A DNA stretch of 64,000 nt from Mobula hypostoma (lineage: Eukaryota): NCBI RefSeq assembly GCF_963921235.1, contig NC_086097.1, positions 32,614,001 through 32,678,000 on the forward strand, read 5' to 3'. The notes under the pieces are model-generated. The model was not told the DNA's origin and searched no databases. It saw only the letters and a list, made by a program, of their open reading frames with translations. A program made the position numbers and the translations under genes. This document shows positions 1 to 13,695 of this stretch, piece after piece (the first letter of the stretch is position 1; each line of letters begins with the position of its first letter).

Positions 1-2011
1 GGGGAGGCTCTGAACTGTGTCCACAATTCTCCTGTGGTCACGTGCAGAGCAGATGCCATACCATGCTGTTATTTATCCAAACAGTATGCATCAATTCAAA
101 TTGGTAAGGGTCAATGGAGACTTGCCAAATTTCTTTGGATCCTAAGGAAGTCGAGGAGATGGTGAACTTTCTTAGCCATGACATAGGGAGGCAATCATCA
201 CAAAACTGCAGGAGGCAGGTAGCTAGGTGACAGCCAGGAGAGGGAAAGGGAATAGCCAACCAGTGCAGTGCAGAGTATCCCTGTGGCCGTTCCTCTCAAT
301 AAGTATACCAATTTGGGTACTGTTGAGGGGGCGGGGTGGGGTAGGAAAGGAATGACCTACCAGGGGGAGCTGCAGCGACCAGGTGTCTGGCACAGAGACT
401 GGATCTGTGGCTCAGAAAGGAATTGGAGAGAAGAGCAGTGCAGTAGGGATATGGGATTGCACAGTCAGAGGAGCAGATTAAGACACTATGGATGTGAAAG
501 AGACACACAGGTGGTACATTGACACCCAGGTGTCAGACTCAGGGACGTCTCAGATCAGGTCCACCGCATTCTAAAGGGAGAGAGGATGAACAGCTGGAAG
601 TTGTGGTACATATCGGTACCAACGACATCAGTGGGGAAAAAAGACATTCTGAAGAGAGAATATACTGCAGGGAGTTAGGTAGAAAGCTTAAAAGCAGGAT
701 CTCAAGGGTAGTAATTTCTGGATTGCAGCCTGTGCCATGTGCCAGTGAGGGTAAGAATGGGTTGATTTAGCAGATGGATGTACGGCTGAGGAGTTGGCGC
801 AGGGGACAGGGCTTCAGATTTATGGATCATTGGGATCTCTTCTGTTTTTTGTATGACCTGTACAAAAAGGACGAGTCTCACCTGAACTTGAGAAGGAACA
901 ATGTACTTGCACGCAAGTTTGTTAGAGCTGTTGGAAAGGGTTTAAAGTAATTTAACAGAGGGTTGAGAACTGGAGTAATATAGCTGAAGATGGGGCAGTT
1001 GGTATATAAGTAGATGCAATGTGTAGTGAGGAAAGACAGGCAGATAATAGGGCAAAATTGCAGTCAGAGAGATGAGTTAAAGTGTAACAAGAGGCCAAAA
1101 TCAAAAAAGGTAATGAATACAGGACTGAAGGTGTTATATTTGAATGCACATAGAATAAGAGATAAAGTGAATGAACTTGTATCACAGTTAGAGATTGGCA
1201 GGCATCACATTGTGGGCATCACTTAAGTTGCAGCTGGAAGAAAATCATAGTTGGAACCTTAACATCCAAGGTTACACATTGTATTGAAAGGAGTGGGGGT
1301 GGGGTGGCTCTGTTGGTAAAAAATGAAATCAAATTTTTTACCATTAGAAAGAGGTAACATAGGACTGGAAGATCCTTGCGAGTGGAGTTAAGAAACTGCA
1401 ACAGTTAATAGATCTGAATGGGAGTTATACACAGGCCAGTAGCCAGGATGTGGACTACAAATTACAACAGGAGATAGAAAAGGCACATAAAGAGGGCAAT
1501 GTTACAATAGTCTTGGGGATTTCAATATGCAGGTAGATTGGGAAAATTAGATTCCCAAGAGAGGGAATAGAATACCTATAATATGGCTCTTTAAAGCAGC
1601 TTGTGATTGACCCACTAGAGAAAAGGCAATTCTGGATTGGGTATCAAGTAATGAACCAGATTTGACTACAGAGATCGAGGTAAAGGAACCCTTAGGAAGC
1701 AATGATCATAATATGAAAAAATTCACCCTGCAGTTGAGAGGGAGAAGCTAAAATCAAGATATATCACTAATGCAGTGGGGTAATGGGAAATACAAAGACA
1801 TGAGAGCGGTGCTGGCCTGAGTTGATTGGAAAGGGACAATAGCAAGGATGGCAGCAGAACAGCAATGGCTGGGGTTTCTGGGAGCAATTCGGAAGGCACA
1901 TCCCAAAGAAGAAGTATTCTAAAGTGAGGATGAGGCAACCGAGGCTGAGAAAGGAAGTCAAAGACAACATAAAAGCAAAAGACAGGGCATATAATAGTGC
2001 AAAAATGAGTG

Positions 2012-2423
2012 GGAAGCAGTGTCTCAGAAAGGCAGTGTCCATTATTAAAGACCTCCAGCACCCAGGGCATGCACTTTTCTCACTGTTACCATCAGGTAGG
2101 AGATACAGAAGCCTGAAGGCACAAACTCAGCGATTCAGGAACAGCTTCTTCCCCTCTGCCATCCGATTCAAATGGACTTTGAAGCCTTGGACACCACATC
2201 ACTTTTTTAAATATACAGTATTTCAGTTTTTGCACATTTTTTAATAATCTATTCAATATACGTAATTGATTTACTTGTTTATTTGTTATTGTTTGTTTAT
2301 TTATTTATTTATTCTCTCTCTCTCTCTCTCTCTGCTAGATTATGTATTGCATTGAACTGCTGCTGCTAAGTTAACAAATTTCACGTTACATGCTGGTGAT
2401 AATAAAACTGATTCTAATTCTGA
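2012..2423 (+). mobile_element. Rex1/Babar LINE 3' fragment nested in CR1
   Basis: IIKDLQHPGHALFSLLPSGRRYRSL...RFRNSFFPSAIR; ends aataaaactgattctaattctga. The CR1 frame resumes after it. Confidence 0.85.
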
Positions 2424-3236
2424 AGTTTTTAAAAACCAACAGAAGGCAACTAAAAAAGAATTAATGAGGGAAATGATGAAACATGAAGGCTGATAATATA
2501 ATAGAGGATAACAAAAGATTTTTCAAATATATAAAGAGTAAAACAAAGGTGAGACTGAATACTGGACTGCTGGAAAATTACGCTGGAGAGATAGTAATGG
2601 GGGACAAAGAAACGGCAAACGAACTAAATAAGTATTTTGCATCAGTCTTCACTGTCTAAGCCAACAGTAGTGTGCCAGAATTTTGAGAGTGCCAGAGGGC
2701 AGAAGTGAGTGTAGTTGCTATTAGTAAGGAAAAGGTGCTTGAGAAGCTGAAAGGTCCAAAGGTAGATAAGTCACTTGGACCAGATGGACTACATGGCAGA
2801 ATTCTGAAAGAGGTACCTGAAGAGATCGTACAGACACTAGTAGTGATTTTTCAAAAATCACAGGATTCTGAAATGGTTCCAGAGGACTGGAAATTTGCAA
2901 ATTATTAAGGATGAGGTTTAAGGTACTTGGAGGCACATGGTAAAATAGGTCACAGTCAGCATGGTTTCCTTAAGGGGAAATCTTACCTGACAAATCTGTT
3001 GGAATTCTACGAGGCAATAGTAAATAATATAAGCAAAGTAGAGTCAGTGAATGTTGTGTACTTGGATTTCAGATTGACAAGGTGCTGCTAAACAAGCTAA
3101 GAGCCATGATATTACAGGAAAAATACTAGCATGGATAGAAGATTGGCTGACTGGCAGGAGGCAAAGAGTGGGAATAAAGGGGGCCTTTTTTTTGTTAGTT
3201 GCTGGTGACCCGCAGCATTCCACAGGGCTCGGTGTT

Positions 3237-4090
3237 GAATCAGAAGCAGAATCAGATTTATTATCACTGGCATGTGTTGTGAAATTTGTTAACTTAGCAC
3301 CAGCAGTACAATGCAACACATGATAATACAAGATGGGGAAAAAAAAGTAAATCAATTACGGTGAGTATATATACATATATTAAATAGATCAAAATAGCGC
3401 AAAAACATAAGTAATATATATTTTAAAAAGTGAGATAGTGTTCATGAGTTCAAAGACCATTTAGGGATTGTATGGCATAGGGGAAGAAGCTGTTCCTGAA
3501 TCGCTGAGTGTGTGCCTTCAGGCTTCTGTGCTTTCTTCCTGATGGTAACAATGAGAAGAGGGCATGCCCTGGGTGATGGGAGTCCTTAATAATGGATGTC
3601 ACTTTTCTGAGGCACCGCTACTTGAAGATGTCTTGGATACTATGGAGGCTAATACCCAAGATGGAGGCGACTAATTTTACAACTTTCTGTAGCTTCTTTT
3701 AGTCCTGTGCAGTAGCTCCACTCCATACCAGACAGTGATGCAGCCTGTCAGAATGCTCTTCACAGTACATCTATAAAAGTTTTAGGTGACAAACCAAATC
3801 TCTTCAAACTCCGAAAGGAATATAGCCGCTGTCTTGTCTTCTTGATAGCTGCATCGATATGTTGGGACCAGATTAGATCCTCAGAGATACTGACACCCAG
3901 GAACTTGAAATAGCTCACTCTCTCCACTTCTGATCCCTCTGTAAGGATTGGTTTGTGTTCCCACATCTTACCCTTCCTGAAGTCCAGAATCAACTCTTTC
4001 ATCTTAATGACATTGAGTGCAAAGGTTTTCTGTGACACCACTCAACTAGCTGGCATATCTTGCTTCTGTACGCTTCTTTTACATGCTTTA
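3237..4090 (-). mobile_element. Rex1/Babar LINE 3' fragment nested in CR1
   Basis: KELILDFRKG...FKFLGVSISEDLIWSQHID...RLYSFR; (gattct)n tail near 3237-3260. Confidence 0.85.
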
Positions 4091-5408
4091 TGTCAATGAT
4101 TTGAAGACAGAATTGATAGTTTTGTGGCCAATACAAAGATAGGTGGAGAGGCAGGTAGTACTGAGGAAGCAGAGAGGCTACAGAAGGACGTAGGTAGATG
4201 AGAAGGATGTGCAAAGAAGTGGCACGTGGAATATAATGTAGGAAAGTGTATGGTCATGCACTTTACTTGAAGGAGTAAAGGCTTGGACTGTTTTCCAAAC
4301 TGGGTGAAAATTCTGTAATTAGAGGTGCAGAGGGACTTGGGACTCCTCATGCAGGACTCCCTAAAGGTTAACTTGCAGGTTCAGTCAGTGGTAAGGAAGG
4401 CAAAGCAATGTTAGCATTCATTTCCAGAGGACTAGAATATAAAAGCAAGGATGTAATGCTGAGCCATGTAAGGCACTGGTCAGGCCGCACTCAGAGTAAT
4501 GTGATTAATTTTGGTCTCCTTATCTAAGAAAAGATGTGTAGGCATTGGAGAGGGTCTAAAGGAGATTCATGAGAATAATTCCAGGAATGAAAGTGTTAAT
4601 GCTTGAGGAGCGTTTTGATGGCTCTAGGCCTATACTCACTCAAGATTAAAAGAATGATTGGGGGGGGGGAAGTTCTCATTGAAACCTATCAAATAATTAA
4701 AGGTCTAGATAGAGTTGATGTGGACAATATGTTTCCTATAGTGTGAGGGTCTAGAACTAGAGGGCACAGACTCAGAATAGAGGGATGTTTCTTTAGAACA
4801 GAGGTGAGGGTGGTGAATCTGTGGAATTCATTGCCACAGAAGGCTGTGGAGGACAAGTGACTGGGTATATTTAAAGCAGTGATTGAAACGTCCTTGATTA
4901 GACAGGGTGTCAAAGATTATTGGGAGAAGGCAGGAGAATGAGGTTAATAAATCAGACATGATGGAAAGGTGGAGCAGACTCGAGGGTCAAATGACCTAAT
5001 TCTGTTTCTCTGTCTTATGGACATAGAACATAGGACAGTAGAGCACAGGAACAGGCCCTTTGGCCCACAGTATTGTGCTGAACCAATTAAATTAATCCCT
5101 TCTGCCTAAACATTGTCTATATCCTTCATCATGTGATTAGACCAAGACAGGTTACTGGTAATGCTCACATTGGAAATGGAGCTCTCAATCTCAACACCAC
5201 TGACGTAGACAGGAGCATGTGCACCCCCCCCCCACCTTCCTGAAGTCAATGACCAGCTCTTCTGTTTTGTTGTAGTCATGACATCATGTCACTAGGCTCT
5301 CTATCTCCTTTCTGTATTCCAACTCATCGTTATTTGAGATGCCATCCACTCTGGCACCCACACCCATTGGACACACACGTGAACCAACAGTATTCCTAAT
5401 CAACTCAC

Positions 5409-5581
5409 CTTGGTATCTGTATGTACTGTCACCAACCCATGAGACACATTGAGGAGGATCGATAGGAAACTTTGACAAGTCTTGCTTAACTGTTCAACTT
5501 TCTTTTTGCGTCGTGACCTGTGTGCCGGATCAGTGGTGGATTGGAACTGCAGAGACTCTTCGTCAGATCCACTCTCGTCAT
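5409..5581 (-). CDS. ATG2B: ATG2B internal coding exon (12th; coding frame not in ORF track)
   Basis: tttctacag|ATGACGAG...ACCAAG|gtgagt. Encodes (D)DESGSDEESLQFQSTTDPAHRSRRKKKVEQLSKTCQSFLSILLNVSHGLVTVHTDTK. 173 nt, phase 1 to 0. Confidence 0.94.
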
Positions 5582-5640
5582 CTGTAGAAACACAGGAAAG
5601 GGATCATGGCTGACAGTTGCAAAGGCACTCATCCAAACAC

Positions 5641-5696
5641 CCTGGCTGTCCGCAGGATGGGTAGAAAGCCTGGCTGTCCGCAGGATGGGTAGAAAG
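5641..5696. repeat. Perfect 28-bp tandem duplication
   Basis: cctggctgtccgcaggatgggtagaaag x2, about 60 nt into the intron upstream of the exon 5409-5581 acceptor. Confidence 0.95.
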
Positions 5697-6159
5697 CCCA
5701 GGTGCACAGCACTTAAACAGAAGGTGAAAGACAACAAAGAATTATGCACTGGGTAGAGGTAGAGACTAAAACACTGACAGGTTGACAGTTATTCATCATC
5801 GCCACTACTTTATTTCTCATCTCATTACTCACAGTTATTTCATTCTTGTTTGTTTACCACACTGCCAGCTACAAAAAAAATCTTTACAGCATGAAATATG
5901 GCCTGCAGCCCATTTTACCATTAAAAGAACAATTCCAGTTGTTCCCAACCCCCTGCTCTCTTCCTTTAGCCTTACAAATCGGTCCCTGTGGTGTCTATTG
6001 TTATTCAATCTGTTTTCACCAGCTTTCAGAGTACATAAACCCAATGATAACTCACGCACTGTTAAACTTCTCATTCTGGTTACCATTACATCCGGCATTA
6101 GAAACTGTTTCTCCTCTCTGTCAGGATATCTCATAACATGTAATGACTATTATATACTC

Positions 6160-6505
6160 ATAGAGCACTACATATGGAAACAGGCCCTTTGGCCCCTCTA
6201 GTCCATGCCAAACTATTATTCTGCCTAGTCCCATCAACCCACACCTTGGACCATAGCCCTCCATATCCCTCCCATCCATGTACCTATCCAAATTTCCTAA
6301 CATGTTGAAATCAACCCTGCATCCACCATTTTTGCTGGTAGCTTGTTCCACACTCTCACCACCTGCTGAATGAAGTAGACCCCCTGCCCCCAGGTTCCTC
6401 TGAAACAGTTCACCTTTCACCCTTAACCTATGACCTCTAGTTTTAACCTCACCCAATCTCAGTCGAAAAAGTTTGATTTCATTTTCCCGATCTGTACCCC
6501 TCATT
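6160..6505 (-). mobile_element. CR1 3' fragment
   Basis: KTRGHRLRVKGE...LDRYMDGR and a CR1 3' UTR ending in ctctatg. Confidence 0.8.
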
Positions 6506-6569
6506 ATACCTCCACATCAACAGGCTTTTAGATGCACTGCCAGACTAAGGTCTTTGCAGCTCTTTTCAA

Positions 6570-7420
6570 AGGTTCATTTATTATTGAAGTATGTATGCAG
6601 GACACAACTCTGAGATTCTTCTTCTCCAGATAGCCACGAAACAAAAAAAACCATGCAAGTCAGTTTAAAGAGAAACAGCAAATGCCCCCCCACACAAAAA
6701 AAGAACAGCAACATGATCATCAACCCCCACAACCCCTCCTCCCTCCCATGAAACACAACAAGAATACCAGTCCCCAAATCCCCCTCCCCCACATGAAATG
6801 CAACAAGAACACCGGCCCCCAAATGCCCCCTTTTCCACACAACAAGAAAGAACAGGCCACAACACAGAATATAAAAATCATGATTGAAAAAGTCCACAGT
6901 CCAAATCCATAATCACAGAACCTCAGTATCAACTTCCAATATCATCGAAAGAGAGAGGGAGACACTACTTGAACGCAGAAGCCTACCCTCTGGGCACAGT
7001 GCTAGGCCACACAGGCTCCTTCTAACAGGTGCAGAGGGATCCCATCAGTGTTCAAAAGACTGGTAGTCGACGTTGAACCCTCACTCACCCTCCACATTCA
7101 CCTTGATGCTTCAATCTTCCTTGTCGTTTTAATTGGTGAGTAATGGAAACCTTAATTGGTGAAAATGAGTCAACACCGGCTCATGACCCATCTTGCAGTT
7201 TCTTCATCTCAAGGCTTGCACTCGTTTCCCGGAGTCTTCTCAGAGACAGCAAAGCACTGGATCACTCAGTCGGTCTCCAAACTGTAAATCACAGGCTCTA
7301 ACAGTTCCAGAAACACACTTAAGATGAAAAACAGTCCTAAAAGAAGTGAAATAAACAGTTTCCTGGTAGATCCAGAAGATGTTGACCGACGGAGCCATCT
7401 TCACCAAAAGATTCGATGAG
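6570..7420 (-). mobile_element. Non-coding element with Rex-type 3' tail (probable non-autonomous LINE derivative)
   Basis: 5' end near aagatggc (~7400), no RT coding, internal imperfect ~45-bp repeats at 6730-6850. 3' tail aatctcagagttgtg...aataaatgaacct resembles the Rex tails in this window. Confidence 0.55.
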
Positions 7421-8224
7421 CTGGAGAGATTTCTTGGTGTCTTGGGCATTCTTAATGTCCAAAACAGATTGCCTAGTCATTATCACTTTTCAATTTGAGC
7501 ACACTTGCTTTTGCATTTTGACTAATGTATTTCCTACATCACAAAATTAACTAACTCATTGACCACACAGACCGTAAGACCATGAGATAAAGGAGCAGAA
7601 TTAAGTGATACAGCCTATTTGGTCTGCTCTGCCCTTCAATCACGGCTGATTTTCAACACCATTCTCTCATATTCATGTGTTACCCTTAACTCCCTTACCA
7701 ATCAAGAACCTATCAAACTCAGCCTTAAATACACACTCAGAGGGTGGTACAAGTGTGGAATGAGCTGCAAGTGGAAGTGGAAGGTGTGGATTTAATTTCA
7801 ACATTTTAGAGGTTTTGATAAGAACATAGATGAGAGGGGTATAGAGGGCTACGGTCCAGGTGCAGGTTAATGAAACTCAGCAGAATTATAGTTCGGCACA
7901 GACTAGATGGACCAAAGGGCCTGTTTCTGTGCTGTTGCACTCTATGACAATGACTTGACCTCCACAGCTATCTATAGTAAGAAATTACACAGGCTCACCA
8001 TACTGTAATCATGCAGTGGCGCATTTCCTGTGAATTAGGTCACGGCATTCAATGGGATTAAGTTCAGAATTTGCTCCATTGAATGGCGTTGACTGAATTT
8101 CTCTTTGGCCCAACTGAGACATTGCTGCCCCACTTTATGTACCTTCAGGCAGAGAACTGGGTTAGGTTTTGCCTGGAGTATGATGATGTCATAACTTTCC
8201 CCTTTGTTGATCACGGTGGGCTTC

Positions 8225-9757
8225 ACGGCTGACAGGTGAGAAGACAGCTGAAACCCAAGCAAGGCTGCAGGACCGGATGGTGTCAGTACCAGGGTGCTCA
8301 AAGCCTGTGACCCTCAGCTATGTGGAGTACTTCGCCATGTATTCAACCTGAGCCTGAGGCTCCGGAGAGTTCCTGTACTGTGGAAGACGTCCTGCCTTGT
8401 CCCTGTGCCGAAGACGCCGCGCCCCAGCGGCCTCAATGACTACAGACCGGTGGCATTGACCTCCCACATCATGAAGACCCTGGAGAGACTTGTTCTGGAG
8501 CTGCTCTGGCCTATGGTTAGGCCACACTTAGATCCCCTCCAGTTCACCTACCAGCCCCGACTAGGAGTTGAGGATGCCATCGTCTACCTGCTGAACCGTG
8601 TCTACGCCCACCTGGACAAGCCAGCGAGCACTGTGAGGGTTGTGTTTTTTGACATCTCCAGTGCATTCAACACCATCCGCCCTGCTCTGCTGGGGGAGAA
8701 GCTGACAGTGATGCAGGTGGATGCTTCCCTGGTATCATGGATTCTTGATTACCTGACTGGCAGACCACAGTACGTGTGCTTGCAACACTGTGTGTCCGAC
8801 AGAGTGATCAGCAGCACTGGGGCTCCACAGGGGACTGTCTTGTCTCCCTTTCTCTTCACCATTTACACCTCGGACTTCAACTACTGCACAGAGTCTTGTC
8901 ATCTTCAGAAGTTTTCTAATGACTCTGCCATAGTTGGATGCATCAGCAAGGGAGATGAGGTTGAGTACAGGGCTACGGTAGGAAACTTTGTCACATGGTG
9001 TGAAGCAGAATTATCTGCAGCTTAATGTGAAAAAGACTAAGGAGCTGGTGGTAGACCTGAGGAGAGCTAAGGTACCGGTGACCCTTATTTCCATCCAGGG
9101 GCTCAGTGTGGACATGATGGAGGATTACAAATACCTGGGGATATGAATTGACAATAAACTGGACTGGTCAAAGAACACTGAGGCTGTCTACAAGAAGGGT
9201 CAGAGCCGTCTCTATTTCCTGAGGAGACTGAGGTCCTTTAACATCTGCCAGACGATGCTGAGGATGTTCTATGAGTCTGTGGTGGCCAGTGTGATCATGT
9301 TTGCTATTGTGTGCTGGGGCAGCAGGCTGAGGGTAGCAGACACTAACAGAATCAACGAACTCATTCGTAAGGCCAGTGATGTTGTGGGGATGGAACTGGA
9401 CTCTCTCACTGTGGTGTCTGAAAAGAGGATGCTGTCTAAGTTGCATGCCATCTTGGTCAATGTCTCCCATCCACTACATAATGTACATTCAGCCAGAGAC
9501 TCATTCCTCCGAGATGCAGCACAAAGCGTCATAGGAAGTCATTCCTATCTGTGGCCATCAAACTTTACAACTCCTCCCTTGGAGGGTCAGACACCCTGAG
9601 TCGATAGGCTGGTCCTGGACATATTTCATAATTTACTGGCATAATTTACATATTACTATTTAACTATTTATAGTTCTATTACTATTTATTTTTTATGGTG
9701 CAACTGTAACAAAAACCAATTTCCCCCGGGTCAATAAAGTATGACTATGACTTTGAC
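8225..9757 (+). mobile_element. 5'-truncated Rex1/Babar LINE (RT and C-terminus)
   Basis: ORF 8294-9025: NDYRPVALTS...DISSAFNTI...GAPQGTVLSP...FSNDS (catalytic DD mutated to ND). Frameshift near 9004. Tail aataaagtatgactatgactttgac. Confidence 0.93.
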
Positions 9758-9759
9758 AA

Positions 9760-10681
9760 ATGAGAGAATGAAACTGTCTAGGCTCCTTGAACATTCGAAA
9801 AGAATACACTCTGACAAAGCAAACAAGCACTTGGTTTATTTTCTGTCCTTTCAGTTAAACTTTCATAGAAGGAAAACACGCCAAAACATTTTTGGCAGCA
9901 CTTCATAAGAAAACAGTGAAGGCTTGAAAGTTTCATATATTTCATTGCTCGTAACTAAATCTGGAAAGCCCTGTACAACTGGAGAAGAAGTGATTCTGCC
10001 AGCAATAAGGGAGAACCTGAGTATGGGTTTGCATAAGTCACAAGACCAAATAATTAAAGCAATTCTGTTCAGCGGACAATTCTGTTCAAAGACAAATAGA
10101 TGAAATATGTCAGCACGTGGAAGACACATTGTGCAATATAGAAATACAGAATACAGAAAGAAATCACTGAACACTATCCTGAACTGTGGAAAAAGACAAG
10201 ATGTTCTTTATTACCTTACCAACACCATATTTAGTGGAGCGTGGTTTTAGTGCAGTCACCCAATTTTATTCAAAGCAACACAATAGTCTGCAAATTACTG
10301 AACATGGGGATCTGAGACTCCTTCTCAGTGACATTCAGCCTGACACTGAGAAGCTGATATCACTGCACCAAGCTGATCCATTTCATTGAAAGGTGAAAAA
10401 GCAATGAAGTAGTTGGACTACTAATATATGCTCTAAAATTGTTGATGAAATTTGTTTTTACTGTAATTAAATAATTTTATTTGTAGCTTTAAATAGATTT
10501 GAATAAATTTTGCAATTATTTGTTGTTGCTTTGAATTTGTCATTCCTATTATCCTTCACTATGCATAATAAATCAAAATTCTTTATAGTTTTTATGTAAT
10601 GGCTGGAAATGAAGAGGGGGTCCTAGGAATGTTGTCTGGGAACCAAGGGTGTGGTAATCCAAAACTGTTTGGGAACCACTG
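9760..10681 (+). mobile_element. hAT (Charlie/Buster-like) transposon remnant with right TIR
   Basis: Dimerisation-domain-like LPTPYLVERGFSAV...DLRLLLSDIQPD...HQADPFH*; terminus gtttgggaaccactg. Confidence 0.8.
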
Positions 10682-10799
10682 TTCTAAAGGAACTAACCCT
10701 AGAATTCCAGACTGTTTAATGTCATTTCCAGTACACAAATGTAAAGAAGAATGAAATAATTGTTGCTCTAGATCTGATGCAGCCCAAAAAAAAATAGCA

Positions 10800-13283
10800 C
10801 AGGAAACATAAAGTTGTGGTGGTAGGGGATTTTAATTTTCCACATATTGATTAGGACAGCCATACTGTTAGGGGTCTAGATGGGTTAGAGTTTGTAAAAT
10901 GTGTTCAGGAAAGTTTTCTAAATCAAAATATAGAGGTACCAACTAGAGGGGATGCAATATTGGGTATCCTGTTAGGAAACGAGTTAGGACAAGTGACAGA
11001 AGTATGTGTAAGGGAGCACTTTGGTTCCAGTGATCCTAACACCATTAGTTTCAACTTGATCATGGATAAAGATAGATCTGGTCCTAGGGTTGAGATTCTA
11101 AACTGGAAGAAGGCCAAATTTGAAGAAATGAGAAAGGATCTAAAAAGCATGGATTGGGACAGGTTGTTCTCTGTCAAGGATGTGTTGGTAAGTGGGAAGC
11201 CTTCAAAGGAGAAATTTTGAGAGTGCAGAGCTTGTATGTTCCTGTCAGGATTAAAGGCAAAGTGAATAGGAATAAGGAACCTTGGTTCTCAAGGGATATT
11301 GCAACTCTGATCAAGAAGAAGAGAGAGTTGTATGACATGTATAGGAAACAGGGAGTAAATAAGGTGCTTGAGGAGTATATAAAGTGCAAGAAAATACTTA
11401 AGAAGGAAATCAGGAGGGCTAAAAGAAGACATGAGGTTGCCTTAGCAGTCAAAGTGAAGGATAATCCAAAGAGCGTTTACAGGTATATTAAGAGTGAAAG
11501 GATTGTAAGGGATAAAATTGGTCCTCCTGAAGATCAGAGTGGTCGGCTATGTGCGGAACCAAAAGAAATGGGGGAGATCTTAAATGGGTTTTTTGCCTCT
11601 GTATTTACTAAGGAAACTGGCATGAAGTCTATGGAATTAAGGGAAACAAGTGTTGAGATCACGGAAACTGTACAGATTGAAAAGGAGGAGGTGCTTGCTA
11701 TCTTGAGGCAAATTAAAGAGGATAAATCCCCAGGACCTGACAGGGTATTCCCTCGGACCTTGAAGGAGACTAGTGGTGAAATTGCAGGGGCCCTAGCAGA
11801 TATATTTAAAATGTTGGTGTCTACGGGTGAGGCGCCGGAGGATTGGAGAATGGCTCATGTTGTTCCGTTGTTTAAAAAAGGATCGAAAAGTAATCCGGGA
11901 AATTCTAGGCCGGTAAATTTGACGTCGGTAGTGGGTAGAGGGAGTACTAAGAGACAGAATCTACAAGCATTTGGATAGACAGGGACTTATTAGGGAGAGT
12001 CAACTTGGCTTTGTGCGTGGTAGGTCATGTTTGACCAATCTATTGGAGTTTTTCGAGGAGGTTACCAGGAAAGTGGATGAAGGGAAGGCAGTGGATGTTG
12101 TCTACATGGACTTCAGTAAGGCCTTTGACAAGGTCCCGCATGGGAGGTTAGTTAGGAAAATTCAGTCGCTAGGTATACATGGAGGGGTGGTAAATTGGAT
12201 TAGACATTGGCTCAATGGAAGAAGCCAAAGAGTGGTAGTAGAGGATTGCTTCTCAGAGTGGAGGCCTGTGACTAGTGGTGTGCCACAGGGATCAGTGCTG
12301 GGTCCATTGTTATTTGTCATCTATATCATGATCTGGATGATAATGTGGTAAATTGGATCAGCAAATTTGCTGATGATACAAAGATTGGAGGTGTAGTGGA
12401 CAGGGAGGAAGGTTTTCAAAGCTTGCAGAGGGATTTGGACCAGCTGGAAAAATGGGCTGAAAAATGACAGATGGAGTTTAATACAGACAAGTATGAGGTA
12501 TTGCACTTTGGAAGGACAAACCAAAGTAGAACATACAAGGTAAATGGTAAGGCACTGAGGAGTGCAGTAGAACAGAGGGATCTGGGAATACAGATACAAA
12601 ATTCCCTAAAAGTGGTGTCACAGGTAGACAGGGTCGTAAGGAGAGCATTTGGTACATTGGCCTTTATTAATCAAAGTATTGTGTGTAAGAGCTGGAATGT
12701 TATGATGAGGTTGTATAAGGCATTGGTGAGGCCGAATCTGGAGTATTGTGTTCAGTTTCGGTCACCAAATTACAGGAAGGATATTAATAAGGTTGAAAGA
12801 GTGCAGAGAAGGTTTACAAGGATGTTGCTGGGACTTGAGAAACTCAGTTACAGAGAAAGGTTGAATAGGTTAGGACTTTATTCCCTGGATCGTAGAAGAA
12901 TGAGGGGAGATTTGATAGAGGTATATAAAATTATGATGGGTATAGATAGAGTGAATGCAAGCAGGCTTTTTCTACTGAGGCAAGGGGAGAAAAAAAACCA
13001 GAGGACATGGGTTAAGGGTGAAGGAGGAAAAGTTTAAAGGGAACATTAGGGGGGGCTTTTTCACACAGGGAGTGGTGGAAGTGTGGAATGAGCTGCCAGA
13101 CGAGGTGGTAAATGCGGGTTCTTTTTTAACATTTAAGAATAAATTAGAGAATACATGGATGGGAAGTGTATGGAGGGATATGGTCCATGTGCAGGTCAGT
13201 GGGACTAGGCAGAAAATGGTTCGGTACAGCCAAGAAGGGCCAAAAGGCCTGTTTCTGTGCTGTAGTTTTTCTATGGTTTCTAC
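10800..13283 (+). mobile_element. CR1 LINE, ORF2 from EN to 3' end, frameshifted
   Basis: ORFs 10960-13353: [40 protein letters not shown]; tail ttctatggtttcta. Confidence 0.95.
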
Positions 13284-13695
13284 AGAAAAAAAAATAAAAC
13301 ATAAGGAATACAATAATGTTAAAAAACTCCATAAATATAAATACATAAAATAGCTTATATACATAGATTGATTGTATGTCATAAAGTGACGCTAGGCAGA
13401 GGAGTGATAGGAGTAAGGTGACTGACAGGAAAAGATAAAGTAATGGTGGTTGGGGGTGTCGAGGGGTGGATTAGTGGGTGGAAGTGTTGATCAGCTCTAC
13501 TGCTTAGGAAAAGTAATTATTTGTGAGTCTGGTAGTCCTGGCATAGATGCCACATAGCCTCCTTCCTGATGGGAGTGGGACAAACAGTCCATGAGCAGGG
13601 TGGGGTGGGATCCTTCATGATATTACTGGCGGGTAGGCTGGTATTTTATCATGACCAGTGCAGATGGTAATCAGGATATACCAAGGCATTTTGAT

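Larger units (their letters stand above)
190..5020 (+). mobile_element. Degenerate CR1 LINE (ORF1 esterase, ORF2 EN-RT remnants, 3' end), interrupted by two Rex fragments
   Basis: Motifs VVVHIGTND, LKVLYLNA and VDKSLGPDGLH...PEDWK with many stops and frameshifts. CR1-type 3' tail tcttatgg. Confidence 0.88.

Noticed and set aside
5782..6201. Overlapping ORFs of 96-139 aa in non-repeat intron sequence
   Set aside because: No recognisable motif or splice context; consistent with chance ORFs.
7999..8027. Possible 29-nt ATG2B micro-exon (ttcacag|GAAATGCG...AGTATG|gtgagc) on the minus strand
   Set aside because: It would shift the frame between exons 15922-16082 and 5409-5581, which already join in frame and match ATG2B without a gap.
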